Assembly: GCF_009827135.1 (NCBI RefSeq)
Contig: NZ_CP046534.1
Coordinates: 240,001 to 272,000 of the forward strand
Source of the DNA: Blochmannia endosymbiont of Camponotus nipponensis
GTDB taxonomy: Bacteria; Pseudomonadota; Gammaproteobacteria; Enterobacterales; Enterobacteriaceae
Direction: 5' to 3'
Length of the DNA: 32,000 nt
Shown one piece after another: positions 21,573 to 31,817 of the stretch. Each line of letters opens with the position of its first letter. The stretch's first letter is position 1. The position numbers were made by a program, and so were the translations under genes. The notes beneath the pieces are model-generated. The model did not search any database, had not been told where the DNA came from, and was given only the letters and a program-made list of their open reading frames with translations.

Positions 21573-24394
21573 TAAAAAAACCTACGATTTTCTCCTGAAC
21601 CAACCATATTACTAACACAACGCGCGCAAATGTTTAAATACTTTTCATATCGATCCGTATCTAAGCGATAATGCCAACAACGTAAACACTTCTTTCCTTT
21701 AGCTTTTTCTAAAAAAATTTGTAATCCCGGTATCCCTTCTGTCTTGTGTTGAGTAACACTAAGTTCATGATAATCTAAAACTATTACTGACGACGTTATT
21801 AATCCAAAAGAAAGCTCCTTCTCTAAGATACGTAATTTATTTGCCAACTCCGAAGTAGCATATAATATTATACTAGCATCCAAAGATCCACCAATGATTC
21901 CGCTAAGACGCGCTTGTTCAATTATCTTATTTACTTCACTTCTAACATTTAAAAAAATATTCCAACAATTATTGTTCATAATTTTTTTTGAACTTATACT
22001 GAACAACTCATCATACCATTCTTCAGTAAACACATATTTTGATCTATTTCCTGGAATATACTTCCAAATTTCATCAGCAGTAAAAGATAAAACTGGAGCG
22101 ATCCAACGTACCAATGATTCTATAATATGATACAATGCAGTCTGACAACTGCGACGTTCTTTACTATTTTTCTTTGTAGTATACTGTCGATCTTTAATAA
22201 CATCCAAATAAAATGAACCCATGTCTACTGAACAAAACTGCATAATTCGCTGTATTACATTATGAAAATTATACTTATTATAATCTGATATTACTTCCAT
22301 TTGCACAGACAAAGCGCGATCTACCGCCCAACAATCTAATTCAATCATATTTTCTGGATGCACACAGTCTTTTTCTGGATTAAAATCACTAATGTTAGCT
22401 AAACAAAATCGAGCGGTATTACGAATACGCCGATACACATCAGTCGTATGCTTTAAAACAGCATCGGAAATGGTCATATCTTTAGAATAGTCAGAAGAAG
22501 CTATCCATAATCGTAAAATATCTGCTCCAAAATCTTTTATTATTTCTTGAGGGCTAATGATATTACCAAGAGATTTAGACATCTTACGTCCCTGAACATC
22601 TACAGTAAATCCATGAGTCAACACCTCTCTATAAGGCGCTTTACCCGTAATTGCGGTAGATATAATTAAAGAAGACATAAACCAACCCCGATATTGATCT
22701 GAACCCTCCAAATATAAATCTGGCAACTTTTCATGATATTCTAATCTTTCTGGTATCACTGAATCATAAGTAGAACCGGAATCAAACCATACATCAAGTG
22801 TATCTAATACTTTTTCATATTGATCTACTTCGATTTCTATAATATCTTCAACTTTCATATCCCACCACGCTTGTATTCCGAATTGTTCTACTCGTTGTGC
22901 AACTATTTCCATCAACTCAAATGTACGCGGATGTAAAATTTTAGTTTTCTTATGAATAAAAATAGGTATTGGTGTGCCCCAAACACGTTGTCTTGAAAGA
23001 CACCAATCAGGTCTGTTAACAATCATTGTTTCAATACAAGCTCTACCTTTCTCTGGCATCCAACATACTTTATGTATAGTTTTTAATAATTTTTCTCTTA
23101 AATTATGTTTATCCATACTTAAAAACCACTGTGAAGTAACTTTAAAAATAACAGGAGTTAAATGACGCCAACAGTACGGATAACTATGTTTGTAGTTGTA
23201 GTTAACATGCAATAAAGCCCCTGACTGACTCAATAAATTTATTATTATATTATTGGACTGAAAGACTTGCATACCATTTAACATAGGATGCAGATCAGAT
23301 ACGTAATGACCTGTATCATCTATTATATTAATAATTTTAAAATTATATTTTCTACCCACAATATAATCATCTACACCATGATTTGGAGCAATATGCACCA
23401 CTCCTGTTCCAGAATCTAGTGATACATGACAACTCAATACAACAGGAATATCAAAAAACATAAAAGGATGATGAAATCTTAACGATTCTAAAAAATTACC
23501 TGAAGTTTCTCCTATAACCTTCCAAGAAAAACATTGTACGCGTCGCATCAAAACATCCACCAAATTAGCCGCAACAATTATATATTTATCATTATTCATT
23601 ACAATCAATTGATAACTGTAATCTGGATGCACAGCAATCGCTTGATTGGCAGGTAATGTCCAGGGAGTAGTCGTCCAAATTACTATTCCAATTGTATCTT
23701 TGCATATATCAACATTAAATATTTTAGAAATTCGAATGTTATCTACCGCATCAAAAACGACATCAATAGCAGGAGAAAGATGATCATTATATTCTACTTC
23801 TGATTCAGCTAATACAGAACAACATTTGAAACACCAATGCACAGGTTTAATACCTTTATAAAAATAACCCTTAGATATAACTTTACTTAAAGTTCGAATA
23901 ATATTTGCTTCAGTCTTAAAATCCATCGTCAAATAAGGTTTCTTCCAATCTCCTAAAACACCTAACCTCATAAAATCTTTCTTTTGTATTTCTATTTGTT
24001 CCAAAACATAACTACGACAGGCAATACGAAATTCATTCCAATTAATATTAATCCCTGGTTGTCCTACTAATCGTTCTACCTGTAGCTCAATAGGCAATCC
24101 ATGACAATCCCATCCCGGAGTATAAGGAGCATTATAACCCATCAAACCTTTATATTTAAGAATAATATCCTTTAGTACTTTATTTACTGCATGACCTAAA
24201 TGAATATTACCATTTACATAAGGAGGACCATCATGCAATAAAAATAACTTTTTTCTACTTTTTTTTCGACGAATTGCTTCATATAAATTATCTTTATACC
24301 AACATTCTAACGTAACAGGCTCACATACAGATAAATCAGCACGCATTGAAAACGATGTATGTGGTAAATTCAAAGTGTTTTTATAGTCAATCAT
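21572..24394 (-). CDS. ileS: Isoleucine--tRNA ligase
   Basis: 940 aa. A HIGH-type motif (PYVNGNIHLGHAVNK), KMSKS (GRKMSKSLGN) and a C-terminal zinc-binding CLRCWH...CARC are present. Confidence 0.99.
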   Translation of the reverse strand: MIDYKNTLNLPHTSFSMRADLSVCEPVTLECWYKDNLYEAIRRKKSRKKLFLLHDGPPYVNGNIHLGHAVNKVLKDIILKYKGLMGYNAPYTPGWDCHGLPIELQVERLVGQPGININWNEFRIACRSYVLEQIEIQKKDFMRLGVLGDWKKPYLTMDFKTEANIIRTLSKVISKGYFYKGIKPVHWCFKCCSVLAESEVEYNDHLSPAIDVVFDAVDNIRISKIFNVDICKDTIGIVIWTTTPWTLPANQAIAVHPDYSYQLIVMNNDKYIIVAANLVDVLMRRVQCFSWKVIGETSGNFLESLRFHHPFMFFDIPVVLSCHVSLDSGTGVVHIAPNHGVDDYIVGRKYNFKIINIIDDTGHYVSDLHPMLNGMQVFQSNNIIINLLSQSGALLHVNYNYKHSYPYCWRHLTPVIFKVTSQWFLSMDKHNLREKLLKTIHKVCWMPEKGRACIETMIVNRPDWCLSRQRVWGTPIPIFIHKKTKILHPRTFELMEIVAQRVEQFGIQAWWDMKVEDIIEIEVDQYEKVLDTLDVWFDSGSTYDSVIPERLEYHEKLPDLYLEGSDQYRGWFMSSLIISTAITGKAPYREVLTHGFTVDVQGRKMSKSLGNIISPQEIIKDFGADILRLWIASSDYSKDMTISDAVLKHTTDVYRRIRNTARFCLANISDFNPEKDCVHPENMIELDCWAVDRALSVQMEVISDYNKYNFHNVIQRIMQFCSVDMGSFYLDVIKDRQYTTKKNSKERRSCQTALYHIIESLVRWIAPVLSFTADEIWKYIPGNRSKYVFTEEWYDELFSISSKKIMNNNCWNIFLNVRSEVNKIIEQARLSGIIGGSLDASIILYATSELANKLRILEKELSFGLITSSVIVLDYHELSVTQHKTEGIPGLQIFLEKAKGKKCLRCWHYRLDTDRYEKYLNICARCVSNMVGSGENRRFF

Positions 24395-25365
24395 TTACAA
24401 ATTATTCCATTTTTATGAATTCTGTTAAAATTATTATTATCATTAAAATAACCATGTACCTTTACTATATCGTTCTTAATTTGAGACTGTAATTTTTTTA
24501 TAGACGTGAAATATTGTTCATCACGTATTTTAGCCAAAAAAACTACCTTAATATGATAGGTATATAGATTTTTAGATATATTAAATAAATATACTTCTAA
24601 TTTTTGTTGATTTTTTCCAGTAGTTGTCGGACATGTTCCCACATTAGCTATACCTGGCAATGGAAAATTAGAAACACCATATACCTCCACTGCATATACA
24701 CCATGTATAGGTAATCTTTTACCTTGTAATGATATATTAGCTGTAGGAAATCCAAGTGTACGACCTAATTTATCTCCATGTACTACTCGACCGGAAATAC
24801 AATAAGAATGTCCGAGCAATAATTCAGCATCCAAAAGTCTATTTTCTATTAAAGCTATGCGTATTGCAGTACTACTTATTCTTTGATTGTTTACGTCAAG
24901 ACAAGTAGCAGTACGTATTACCTTAAAACCTTCATTTTTACCTATTTTTTTCAATAAAAAAAAATCTCCTTTTCTACATGCACCAAATCTAAAATCATCT
25001 CCAACACAAACAAACCGTACTCCTAGTTTACATACTAATATTTTTTTAATAAAATTATCTGCTTCAATAGAAGCAAATTTCTGGTTAAAAGTAATACACA
25101 AAACAACATCTACGCCTGCTGTATATAAATAATTAACTTTATCTCTTAAACTAATTAACCTCATTGCTATTATATTAAACAAATATTCTTTAGGTTGTGG
25201 TTCAAAAATCATAACCACAACAGGTAATTTCAAATTACTCCTTTCTTTCTGTAATTTTGAAATTAATGCTTGATGCCCAAGATGAAATCCATCAAAATTA
25301 CCAATAGCAAGTATACATCCTTTATGACGAGATTTTATATTATGCACACCTCTAACAAATTCCAT
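24391..25365 (-). CDS. ribF: Bifunctional riboflavin kinase / FMN adenylyltransferase
   Basis: 324 aa. Motifs include IGNFDGFHLGHQALI, GRVVHGDKLGRTLGFPTANI and LEVYLF. The stop overlaps the ileS start (ATGA at 24391-24394). Confidence 0.96.
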   Translation of the reverse strand: MEFVRGVHNIKSRHKGCILAIGNFDGFHLGHQALISKLQKERSNLKLPVVVMIFEPQPKEYLFNIIAMRLISLRDKVNYLYTAGVDVVLCITFNQKFASIEADNFIKKILVCKLGVRFVCVGDDFRFGACRKGDFFLLKKIGKNEGFKVIRTATCLDVNNQRISSTAIRIALIENRLLDAELLLGHSYCISGRVVHGDKLGRTLGFPTANISLQGKRLPIHGVYAVEVYGVSNFPLPGIANVGTCPTTTGKNQQKLEVYLFNISKNLYTYHIKVVFLAKIRDEQYFTSIKKLQSQIKNDIVKVHGYFNDNNNFNRIHKNGIICK

Positions 25366-25554
25366 GTCACATTTAAATAGATTATTAAAAAAATATTCAT
25401 ATGAGCTATATATGTATTTTTAACATCGCTGACTTATTGTATTAATTTAATATTCTGAAAATAATACAAATAATATAGTTTAAAATAAATTTATAAAACA
25501 AAATATGCTATAAAACGACAATAATAACCAATTATTTAATACATAAATAATCAT

Positions 25555-25583
25555 TTGCAGTATACAATATAATAATATAATAT
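25555..25583 (+). promoter_or_regulatory. Candidate sigma-70 promoter of rpsT (TTGCAG-N17-TAATAT)
   Basis: TTGCAG lies at 25555-25560 and TAATAT at 25578-25583, about 50 nt upstream of the rpsT start. The call is weak because the background is AT-rich. Confidence 0.3.
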
Positions 25584-25630
25584 GAACGTATGAGATAGTT
25601 AAAATTTAATACTTAAGAATGGTGTGTATA

Positions 25631-25930
25631 TTGGCTAATACTAAATCAGCTAAAAAATCTCTTGTACAATCAAAACATCAACGCAAATATAATATAAGTC
25701 GTCGATCCATGTTACGTACTTTTATAAAAAAAGTATATGCAGCAATTGCAACTAAAAACAAAACAACCGCAACAACTGCATTTATTTCTATGCAAAAAAT
25801 AATAGACCAACAAGCCGGTAAGGGTTTAATCCACAAAAACAAAGCTGCTAGATGTAAATCCAGAGTATATGCACGCATTAAATCTATGACTTCTTTCCCG
25901 GAAGAACACACACAAACAAAACAACAATAA
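25631..25930 (+). CDS. rpsT: 30S ribosomal protein S20, probably with a TTG start; the longest ORF starts at ATG 25619
   Basis: From TTG 25631 the product begins (M)[10 protein letters not shown]......[18 protein letters not shown] and contains [11 protein letters not shown]. This aligns residue for residue with the E. coli S20 N-terminus MANIKSAKK, and E. coli rpsT also uses UUG. GGTG at 25621-25624 lies 6 nt upstream of the TTG. The ATG at 25619 would add an atypical MVCI. About 12 extra C-terminal residues ([12 protein letters not shown]) are present relative to E. coli. Confidence 0.93.
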   Translation: MANTKSAKKSLVQSKHQRKYNISRRSMLRTFIKKVYAAIATKNKTTATTAFISMQKIIDQQAGKGLIHKNKAARCKSRVYARIKSMTSFPEEHTQTKQQ

Positions 25931-25962
25931 TTTACTATTATAAAATAATTATAATATTACCG

Positions 25963-25990
25963 TTGACGATCTAACGAGTTAGATCGTCAA
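25963..25990. terminator. Perfect 13-bp inverted repeat between convergent rpsT and dnaJ, containing the dnaJ stop codon; a candidate terminator or 3'-end hairpin
   Basis: 25963-25975 (TTGACGATCTAAC) is the exact reverse complement of 25978-25990 (GTTAGATCGTCAA). The right arm encodes the last dnaJ codons (..FDDLTR*). The stem is GC-containing and stands out against the AT-rich flanks. No canonical T-run directly follows on either strand. Confidence 0.45.
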
Positions 25991-27104
25991 AAAACCTTTT
26001 TACACCATCGAAGAAACTCTTGGACCTAGGACTATTTTTATTTCCATGAGGTCCTCCAAAACTATCTGACAAATCTTGAAGTAATTGTTTTTGTTTGTCA
26101 TTTAATTTAACCGGAGTTTCTACTACCACTTTACATAACAAATCACCACTACCACCACTTCGCACTGATCTTACCCCTTTTCCTCTCATTCGAAACAATT
26201 TTCCAGTTTGCGTTTCAGGAGGAATTTTTAATTTCACTCTGCCATCTAAAGTAGGTACCTCAATTTCTCCCCCTAAAGCTGCCATAGAAAAATTAATTGG
26301 TACTTCACAATAAAGATTTTTTTCTTCTCTATCAAAAATTGGATGTTTTCTAACTTGTACTTGAACATACAAATCTCCCGCAGGTGCCCCATTTTTCCCA
26401 CTTTCACCTTCACCTGATAAACGTATACGATCTCCTGTATTTACACCTGCCGGAATTTTAACAGAAAGAGTTTTAGGTCGTTCTACCCGTCCATTTCCAC
26501 GGCAACTATTACAAATCTCTTTAATAATTTTCCCATATCCATGGCATACAGGACAAGACTGCTGCACAGAAAAAAACCCTTGGCGTATTTGTACTTGTCC
26601 TTGCCCATGACATGTCATACAAGTAACTATTGCCGTATTTGATCTCGCACCACTTCCACGGCATTCCTCACACACTAACAAAGTGGGTATACAGATTTCT
26701 TTAGTAATCCCACGCACCGCATCTTCTAAACTTAACTCTATATTGTAACTTAGGTCTGCACCTCTTCCTGCACGATTCCGTCTATTACCTCCAAATATAT
26801 CCCCAAATACATCACCAAAAATATCACTAAAATCCGCTGCAGATCCTCTTGAATTTGACGCTGATCCCATGTTGCCTTGTTCAAATGCCGCATGACCATA
26901 CTGATCATAGGCTGCGCGCTTCTCCGAATTACTTAATACTTCATATGCTTCCTTAATTTCTTTAAATTTTGTTTCAGCCGTAGTATTGCCTGGATTGCGA
27001 TCTGGATGAAATTTCATCGCCAGACGTTTATAGGACTTTTTGATTTCACGCTCATCCGCATTTCTGGAAACGCCCAAAATCTTATAATAGTCTGATTTAG
27101 CCAT
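25971..27104 (-). CDS. dnaJ: Chaperone DnaJ (Hsp40)
   Basis: 377 aa. It has a J domain ([12 protein letters not shown]....[19 protein letters not shown]), a G/F-rich linker, four CxxCxGxG zinc-finger repeats and the C-terminus [14 protein letters not shown]. Confidence 0.99.
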   Translation of the reverse strand: MAKSDYYKILGVSRNADEREIKKSYKRLAMKFHPDRNPGNTTAETKFKEIKEAYEVLSNSEKRAAYDQYGHAAFEQGNMGSASNSRGSAADFSDIFGDVFGDIFGGNRRNRAGRGADLSYNIELSLEDAVRGITKEICIPTLLVCEECRGSGARSNTAIVTCMTCHGQGQVQIRQGFFSVQQSCPVCHGYGKIIKEICNSCRGNGRVERPKTLSVKIPAGVNTGDRIRLSGEGESGKNGAPAGDLYVQVQVRKHPIFDREEKNLYCEVPINFSMAALGGEIEVPTLDGRVKLKIPPETQTGKLFRMRGKGVRSVRSGGSGDLLCKVVVETPVKLNDKQKQLLQDLSDSFGGPHGNKNSPRSKSFFDGVKRFFDDLTR

Positions 27105-27230
27105 GATTTTATTTACGTCCCTCTAAATACCTACATTAGACTAGGTATGTACACATTTGTTGACACAATCTTCTTTGATTATAATTTTAATATCGTATAT
27201 CTCCTGACATAAATTTAATTCTTTAAAAAA

Positions 27231-29144
27231 CTATTTTTTATTCTTTATTTCTTCAAATTCCGCGTCCACTACTTCTCCATTCGCATCAACAGTACTATTA
27301 GAATTGTGAGGCTTAGATTGTTCTTGATGCTTTTGAGTTGCTTCCAACAATTTTCCAGACACTTTAATTAAAGATTGAATTTTAGATTCAATTTCATTTT
27401 TATCTTCATTTTTTATTACCGATTCTAATTCTTTCAACGCATCTTCTATAGAAACTTTATCATCCAACGATATACCATCACCTACTTCTTTTAATTGTTT
27501 TTTGGTGCTATGCAACAAATGATCAGCTTGATTACGAATTTGCACTAACTCTTCAAATTTACGATCTGATTCAGCATTAACCTCTGCCTCTTGAACCATT
27601 TTTTTAATTTCTTCTTCATTTAAACCAGAAGAAGCTTTAATAGTAATTTTTTGTTCACGTCCGCTATTTTTATCTTTAGCAGATACATGCAAAATACCAT
27701 CAGCATCAATATCAAAAGTCACTTCAATCTGAGGTATACCACGCATTGCTGCCGCTATTCCATCTAAATTAAATTGTCCTAATGATTTATTATCACTTGC
27801 TCTCTTTCTTTCACCTTGCAAAACATGAATAGTAACAGCAGATTGATTATCTTCAGCTGTAGAAAAAATTTGACTGTGCTTAGTCGGGATAGTAGTATTT
27901 TTAGCAATTAATGATGTCATAACCCCCCCCATAGTCTCAATACCTAAAGATAATGGTGTGACATCCAACAGTAATACATCTTTTACATCTCCAGATAATA
28001 CGCCTCCTTGTACTGCCGCTCCAATAGCAACTGCCTCATCAGGATTAACATCCCTACGCGGTTCCTTTTGGAAGAATTCAGATACCTTTTTTTGAACAAG
28101 AGGCATACGAGTCTGACCGCCTACTAAAATAACATCATTTATATTAGAGATAGATAAATTAGCATCCTTTAATGCTACCTTAAGAGGATCCATAGTACGA
28201 TTCACCAAATCTTCTACCAAGGATTCTAATTTAGCGCGCGTTACTCTAATATTCATATGTTTTGGCCCAGTATTATCTGCTGTAATATACGGTAAATTTA
28301 CATCAGTTTGATGGGAAGTAGATAATTCTATTTTCGCTTTTTCTGCTGCTTCTTTCAATCGTTGCATCGCTAAAGGATCATTGTATAAATTAATACGCTG
28401 ATCTTGTTTAAATTCATCTGCTAAATAATTTATTAAAATACTATCGAAATCTTCTCCTCCTAAATGCGTATCTCCATTAGTAGACAATACTTCGAAAGTC
28501 TTTTCTCCGTCAACATCATCAATTTCTATAATAGAAATATCAAAAGTGCCTCCGCCTAAATCATATACCGCAATAACACGATTACCCCTGGTGTCTTTAT
28601 CTAAACCATAAGCTAATGCTGCAGCAGTTGGCTCATTTATAATACGTTTAACTTCTAAACCCGCAATACGTCCAGCATCTTTAGTGGCTTGACGTTGAGC
28701 ATCATTAAAATATGCTGGAACTGTAATAACTGCTTCAGAAATTTGTTCTCCAAGATAATCTTCTGCAGTTTTCTTCATCTTTTTCAAAATCTCAGCGGAA
28801 ACTTGAGGAGGTGCCATTTTTTGACCTTTAACATCTAACCAAGCATCCCCGTTATTAGCAGAAATTATTTTATACGGCATGATATTAACATCACGCTGCA
28901 CTTCTCTATCTTGGAATCTACGACCAATCAACCTCTTAATAGCGAACAAAGTATTTTTAGGATTAGTAACAGACTGACGTTTGGCTGGTTGACCAACCAA
29001 AATCTCACCATCTTGGGTATAAGCAATAATAGAAGGAGTTGTACGATCGCCTTCACTATTTTCTAATACACGAGGTTTATTCCCTTCAATAATTGCAACA
29101 CAAGAATTGGTCGTACCCAAGTCTATGCCAATAATTTTTCCCAT
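27231..29144 (-). CDS. dnaK: Chaperone DnaK (Hsp70)
   Basis: 637 aa. [31 protein letters not shown] and [11 protein letters not shown] are present. A GGAG SD lies 8 nt upstream of the ATG. Confidence 0.99.
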   Translation of the reverse strand: MGKIIGIDLGTTNSCVAIIEGNKPRVLENSEGDRTTPSIIAYTQDGEILVGQPAKRQSVTNPKNTLFAIKRLIGRRFQDREVQRDVNIMPYKIISANNGDAWLDVKGQKMAPPQVSAEILKKMKKTAEDYLGEQISEAVITVPAYFNDAQRQATKDAGRIAGLEVKRIINEPTAAALAYGLDKDTRGNRVIAVYDLGGGTFDISIIEIDDVDGEKTFEVLSTNGDTHLGGEDFDSILINYLADEFKQDQRINLYNDPLAMQRLKEAAEKAKIELSTSHQTDVNLPYITADNTGPKHMNIRVTRAKLESLVEDLVNRTMDPLKVALKDANLSISNINDVILVGGQTRMPLVQKKVSEFFQKEPRRDVNPDEAVAIGAAVQGGVLSGDVKDVLLLDVTPLSLGIETMGGVMTSLIAKNTTIPTKHSQIFSTAEDNQSAVTIHVLQGERKRASDNKSLGQFNLDGIAAAMRGIPQIEVTFDIDADGILHVSAKDKNSGREQKITIKASSGLNEEEIKKMVQEAEVNAESDRKFEELVQIRNQADHLLHSTKKQLKEVGDGISLDDKVSIEDALKELESVIKNEDKNEIESKIQSLIKVSGKLLEATQKHQEQSKPHNSNSTVDANGEVVDAEFEEIKNKK

Positions 29145-29190
29145 CTACACATCTCCACTAAAAAATCGATTTAACCACACCATGCTCCTG

Positions 29191-29218
29191 ATATGCGGTC
29201 AAAACTGTACTTTTCAAC
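29191..29218 (-). promoter_or_regulatory. Sigma-32 (RpoH) heat-shock-type promoter of dnaK-dnaJ
   Basis: The reverse strand reads GTTGAAA-N13-CCGCATAT, against the consensus CTTGAAA-N13-17-CCCCATNT. The spacing is the same as I recall for E. coli dnaK P1. It lies about 47 nt upstream of the dnaK ATG. Two more TTGAAAA copies sit just upstream (complement of 29234-29240 and 29244-29250). Confidence 0.6.
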
Positions 29219-29554
29219 CTTAAAACAGGTTTGTTTTCAAAACTTTTCAAAAACATTGTATAAATTTAATATAACTAACATCTTCTAATACATCATAAAT
29301 AAAATAAAAAAACAAACCATAGAGATAATATGACATAATCTATTATTCGTATAATATTTAATTTTGCATCATTAAATTTCACAAAACATCCCGTATTATA
29401 TAATCCGTTCGTTATTAATAATATATTTTAAATATATTTACATAACTTAACATCATCAATTATTCATTTACCATAAAATACATTTATTGAATACACAAAA
29501 TACAAATACGCTAAAATATAATTAATACACACATATACATTCATACGTGATATT

Positions 29555-30856
29555 TTAAGAGGTTATTCTTAAAATTAAATTGCGTAACGAAGAAAAACAT
29601 CTAGATATTTCATATGATAAAATAGGTAATTTCATACGTTCTGTTAATAAATCTGGTAATACTATTTGTATTTGTTTCCCTAAACAACGCTCTACTAATT
29701 CTTTAAATTTCACAGGATGAGCAGTACCAAGACATACACCCAATTCATCAGAATCTAATTGATCATACAATAATCTATATGCTACAGCGGTATGAGGCTC
29801 AGAAAGATATCCTAAATCTGCAATATCTTGTATTGTTTTTTCTGTAAGTGTATCATTAACAGAACCATATCCTAATTCTTTAATAGATCTTTTTTCTCGA
29901 AGAAATAATTCTTCTATTCTAGGCCAGTTATTTGGAACACTTACGTCCATTGCATTAGAAAACGTTGCAACAGTAGGATGAGGTTCCCAATAACCAGATT
30001 GTAAAAATCTAGGAACAGTATCATTAATATTAGTAGCGGCAATAAACCTTTTTACTGGTAGTCCACAAGACTGAGCTAACAATCCAGCAGTTAAATTCCC
30101 AAAGTTCCCACTGGGAACTGCAATAACTAACTTATTACGCATTTGATACGGTAACTGTGACATTCCTTCAAAATAATAACAAATTTGAGCTAACAATCGA
30201 CCAATATTAATAGAATTAGCAGAATTTAAATATAATGTCTGTCGTAATGTGCTATCTAAAAAAGCTTGCTTAACTAAACATTGACATGCATCAAAATCAC
30301 CATCTACTGATATCGTAGAAACATTACTTCCTAAAGTGCAAAACAATTTCTCTTGTAATACACTAATTTTACCTCTAGGATAAAGGATTATGACATGTAA
30401 ATTGCTAATCTCAAAAAAAGCATGAGCCACAGCAGCACCTGTATCTCCAGAAGTAGCAGTAAGAATAACCATAGGCTTTTTAAGTTGATAGTCAACTTTT
30501 TTTAACATTTGAGCCATCAGTTGGCTTCCAAAATCTTTAAAAGATAAAGTTGGTCCATGGAACAATTCTAAAATTGCAATTTTATCATTTATAAATACTA
30601 ATGGTACTGAAAAATTAAAAGCATTTTTAACACAACTTAATATACTATTTTTTGATAATTCAGAACCAATGTAGGTAGATAAAATATATGCACTACGTTC
30701 TATAAAATTCATTTCTAACAAAGAATTTATTTCAAATGTAGAGAATTTTGGCAAATCTACTGGAAAAAATAATCCCTGATCCTTTCCTAACCCTTGCAAA
30801 AGAGCTTTAGAAAATGTAACTTGCTCACTATGTTCTTTAATATTATATAATTTCAT
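29555..30856 (-). CDS. thrC: Threonine synthase
   Basis: 433 aa. MKLYNIKEHSEQVTFSKALLQGLGKDQGLFFP is nearly identical in pattern to the E. coli ThrC N-terminus. The PLP-lysine context (PTLSFKDFG) is present. Confidence 0.98.
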   Translation of the reverse strand: MKLYNIKEHSEQVTFSKALLQGLGKDQGLFFPVDLPKFSTFEINSLLEMNFIERSAYILSTYIGSELSKNSILSCVKNAFNFSVPLVFINDKIAILELFHGPTLSFKDFGSQLMAQMLKKVDYQLKKPMVILTATSGDTGAAVAHAFFEISNLHVIILYPRGKISVLQEKLFCTLGSNVSTISVDGDFDACQCLVKQAFLDSTLRQTLYLNSANSINIGRLLAQICYYFEGMSQLPYQMRNKLVIAVPSGNFGNLTAGLLAQSCGLPVKRFIAATNINDTVPRFLQSGYWEPHPTVATFSNAMDVSVPNNWPRIEELFLREKRSIKELGYGSVNDTLTEKTIQDIADLGYLSEPHTAVAYRLLYDQLDSDELGVCLGTAHPVKFKELVERCLGKQIQIVLPDLLTERMKLPILSYEISRCFSSLRNLILRITS

Positions 30857-30859
30857 TCA

Positions 30860-31795
30860 TTATTCCACCATAATACGTACTCCACATTGATCCAAGGAAC
30901 AAATTCGAACAAAACCTGAATCATTTTGCAAATAAAAATGCGATAGCCAATCAGAAATATCTTCCACTACGTCATGAGTATTACATAATACAAAAATCGT
31001 TGGACCAGATCCAGAAATACCACAAGACATAGCACCTTTTTTTATAATATTATGACGTATATAGGATAATTCAACAGGAAATAATCGAGACCTATAAGGT
31101 TCCGCTATAATATCTTTCATACACTTAATTGCTAAATTTTCTTGTTTAGTATGACAAGCATGTATGAAACCAGACAAGTATTGACTATGATTAATACAAT
31201 CCTCACTACTATATTTATTTGGTAATACTGATCGAGACACTTCAGTAGACATTTTAACACCTGGGTACGCTACAATCCACAACCAATTATTAAAACTAGG
31301 AATAATCTGGTTGACAGTATCACAATTCTGCAAAATCAAACGCATACCCCCTAAAAAACAAGGGGACACATTATCAAAATGAACAGAACCAGCAATTTTA
31401 CCTTCCATTTCTCCCATTAGTGTAAGCAATTGATTATTATCAAGTGGAAATCCACAATGATAATTCATTGCTACCAATACAGCTACTATAGAACAAGCAC
31501 TAGAACCTAGACCAGAAGAAACAGGAATATTTTTTTCTAAATTAATACTCAGAGAATATGTTTGACCTAAAATTTCACAAAATTTCTTCCAACATTGAAA
31601 GACAATGTTTTCTTCCAAACGTTTCGGTAATTGATTATAAAAATGTCCTGTATTGCTCAAACTGAAAATATTAGCATTTTCAATGCTTACACAATCTCCA
31701 AATAAACTACCATTTATTGGGGTAATTGCCATACCTAACGTATCAAACCCTACTCCAATATTACCGATAGATGCTGGAGCATACACTCTAACCAT
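30860..31795 (-). CDS. thrB: Homoserine kinase
   Basis: 311 aa. Motifs include [20 protein letters not shown], the GHMP kinase motif [11 protein letters not shown] and SGSGPT.F. Confidence 0.98.
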   Translation of the reverse strand: MVRVYAPASIGNIGVGFDTLGMAITPINGSLFGDCVSIENANIFSLSNTGHFYNQLPKRLEENIVFQCWKKFCEILGQTYSLSINLEKNIPVSSGLGSSACSIVAVLVAMNYHCGFPLDNNQLLTLMGEMEGKIAGSVHFDNVSPCFLGGMRLILQNCDTVNQIIPSFNNWLWIVAYPGVKMSTEVSRSVLPNKYSSEDCINHSQYLSGFIHACHTKQENLAIKCMKDIIAEPYRSRLFPVELSYIRHNIIKKGAMSCGISGSGPTIFVLCNTHDVVEDISDWLSHFYLQNDSGFVRICSLDQCGVRIMVE

Positions 31796-31817
31796 ATCTA
31801 CACATCCTTACTTATTC

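Noticed and set aside
27105-27230. Orphan strong SD (AGGAGA, complement of 27200-27205) and a 7-bp hairpin (ATACCTA..TAGGTAT) in the 126-bp dnaK-dnaJ spacer, possibly a small ORF or sRNA
   Set aside because: No ATG, GTG or TTG lies at a workable distance after the SD. Only ATA or ATT is available, giving a peptide of 16 codons at most. The hairpin is short. The evidence is insufficient to call a gene.
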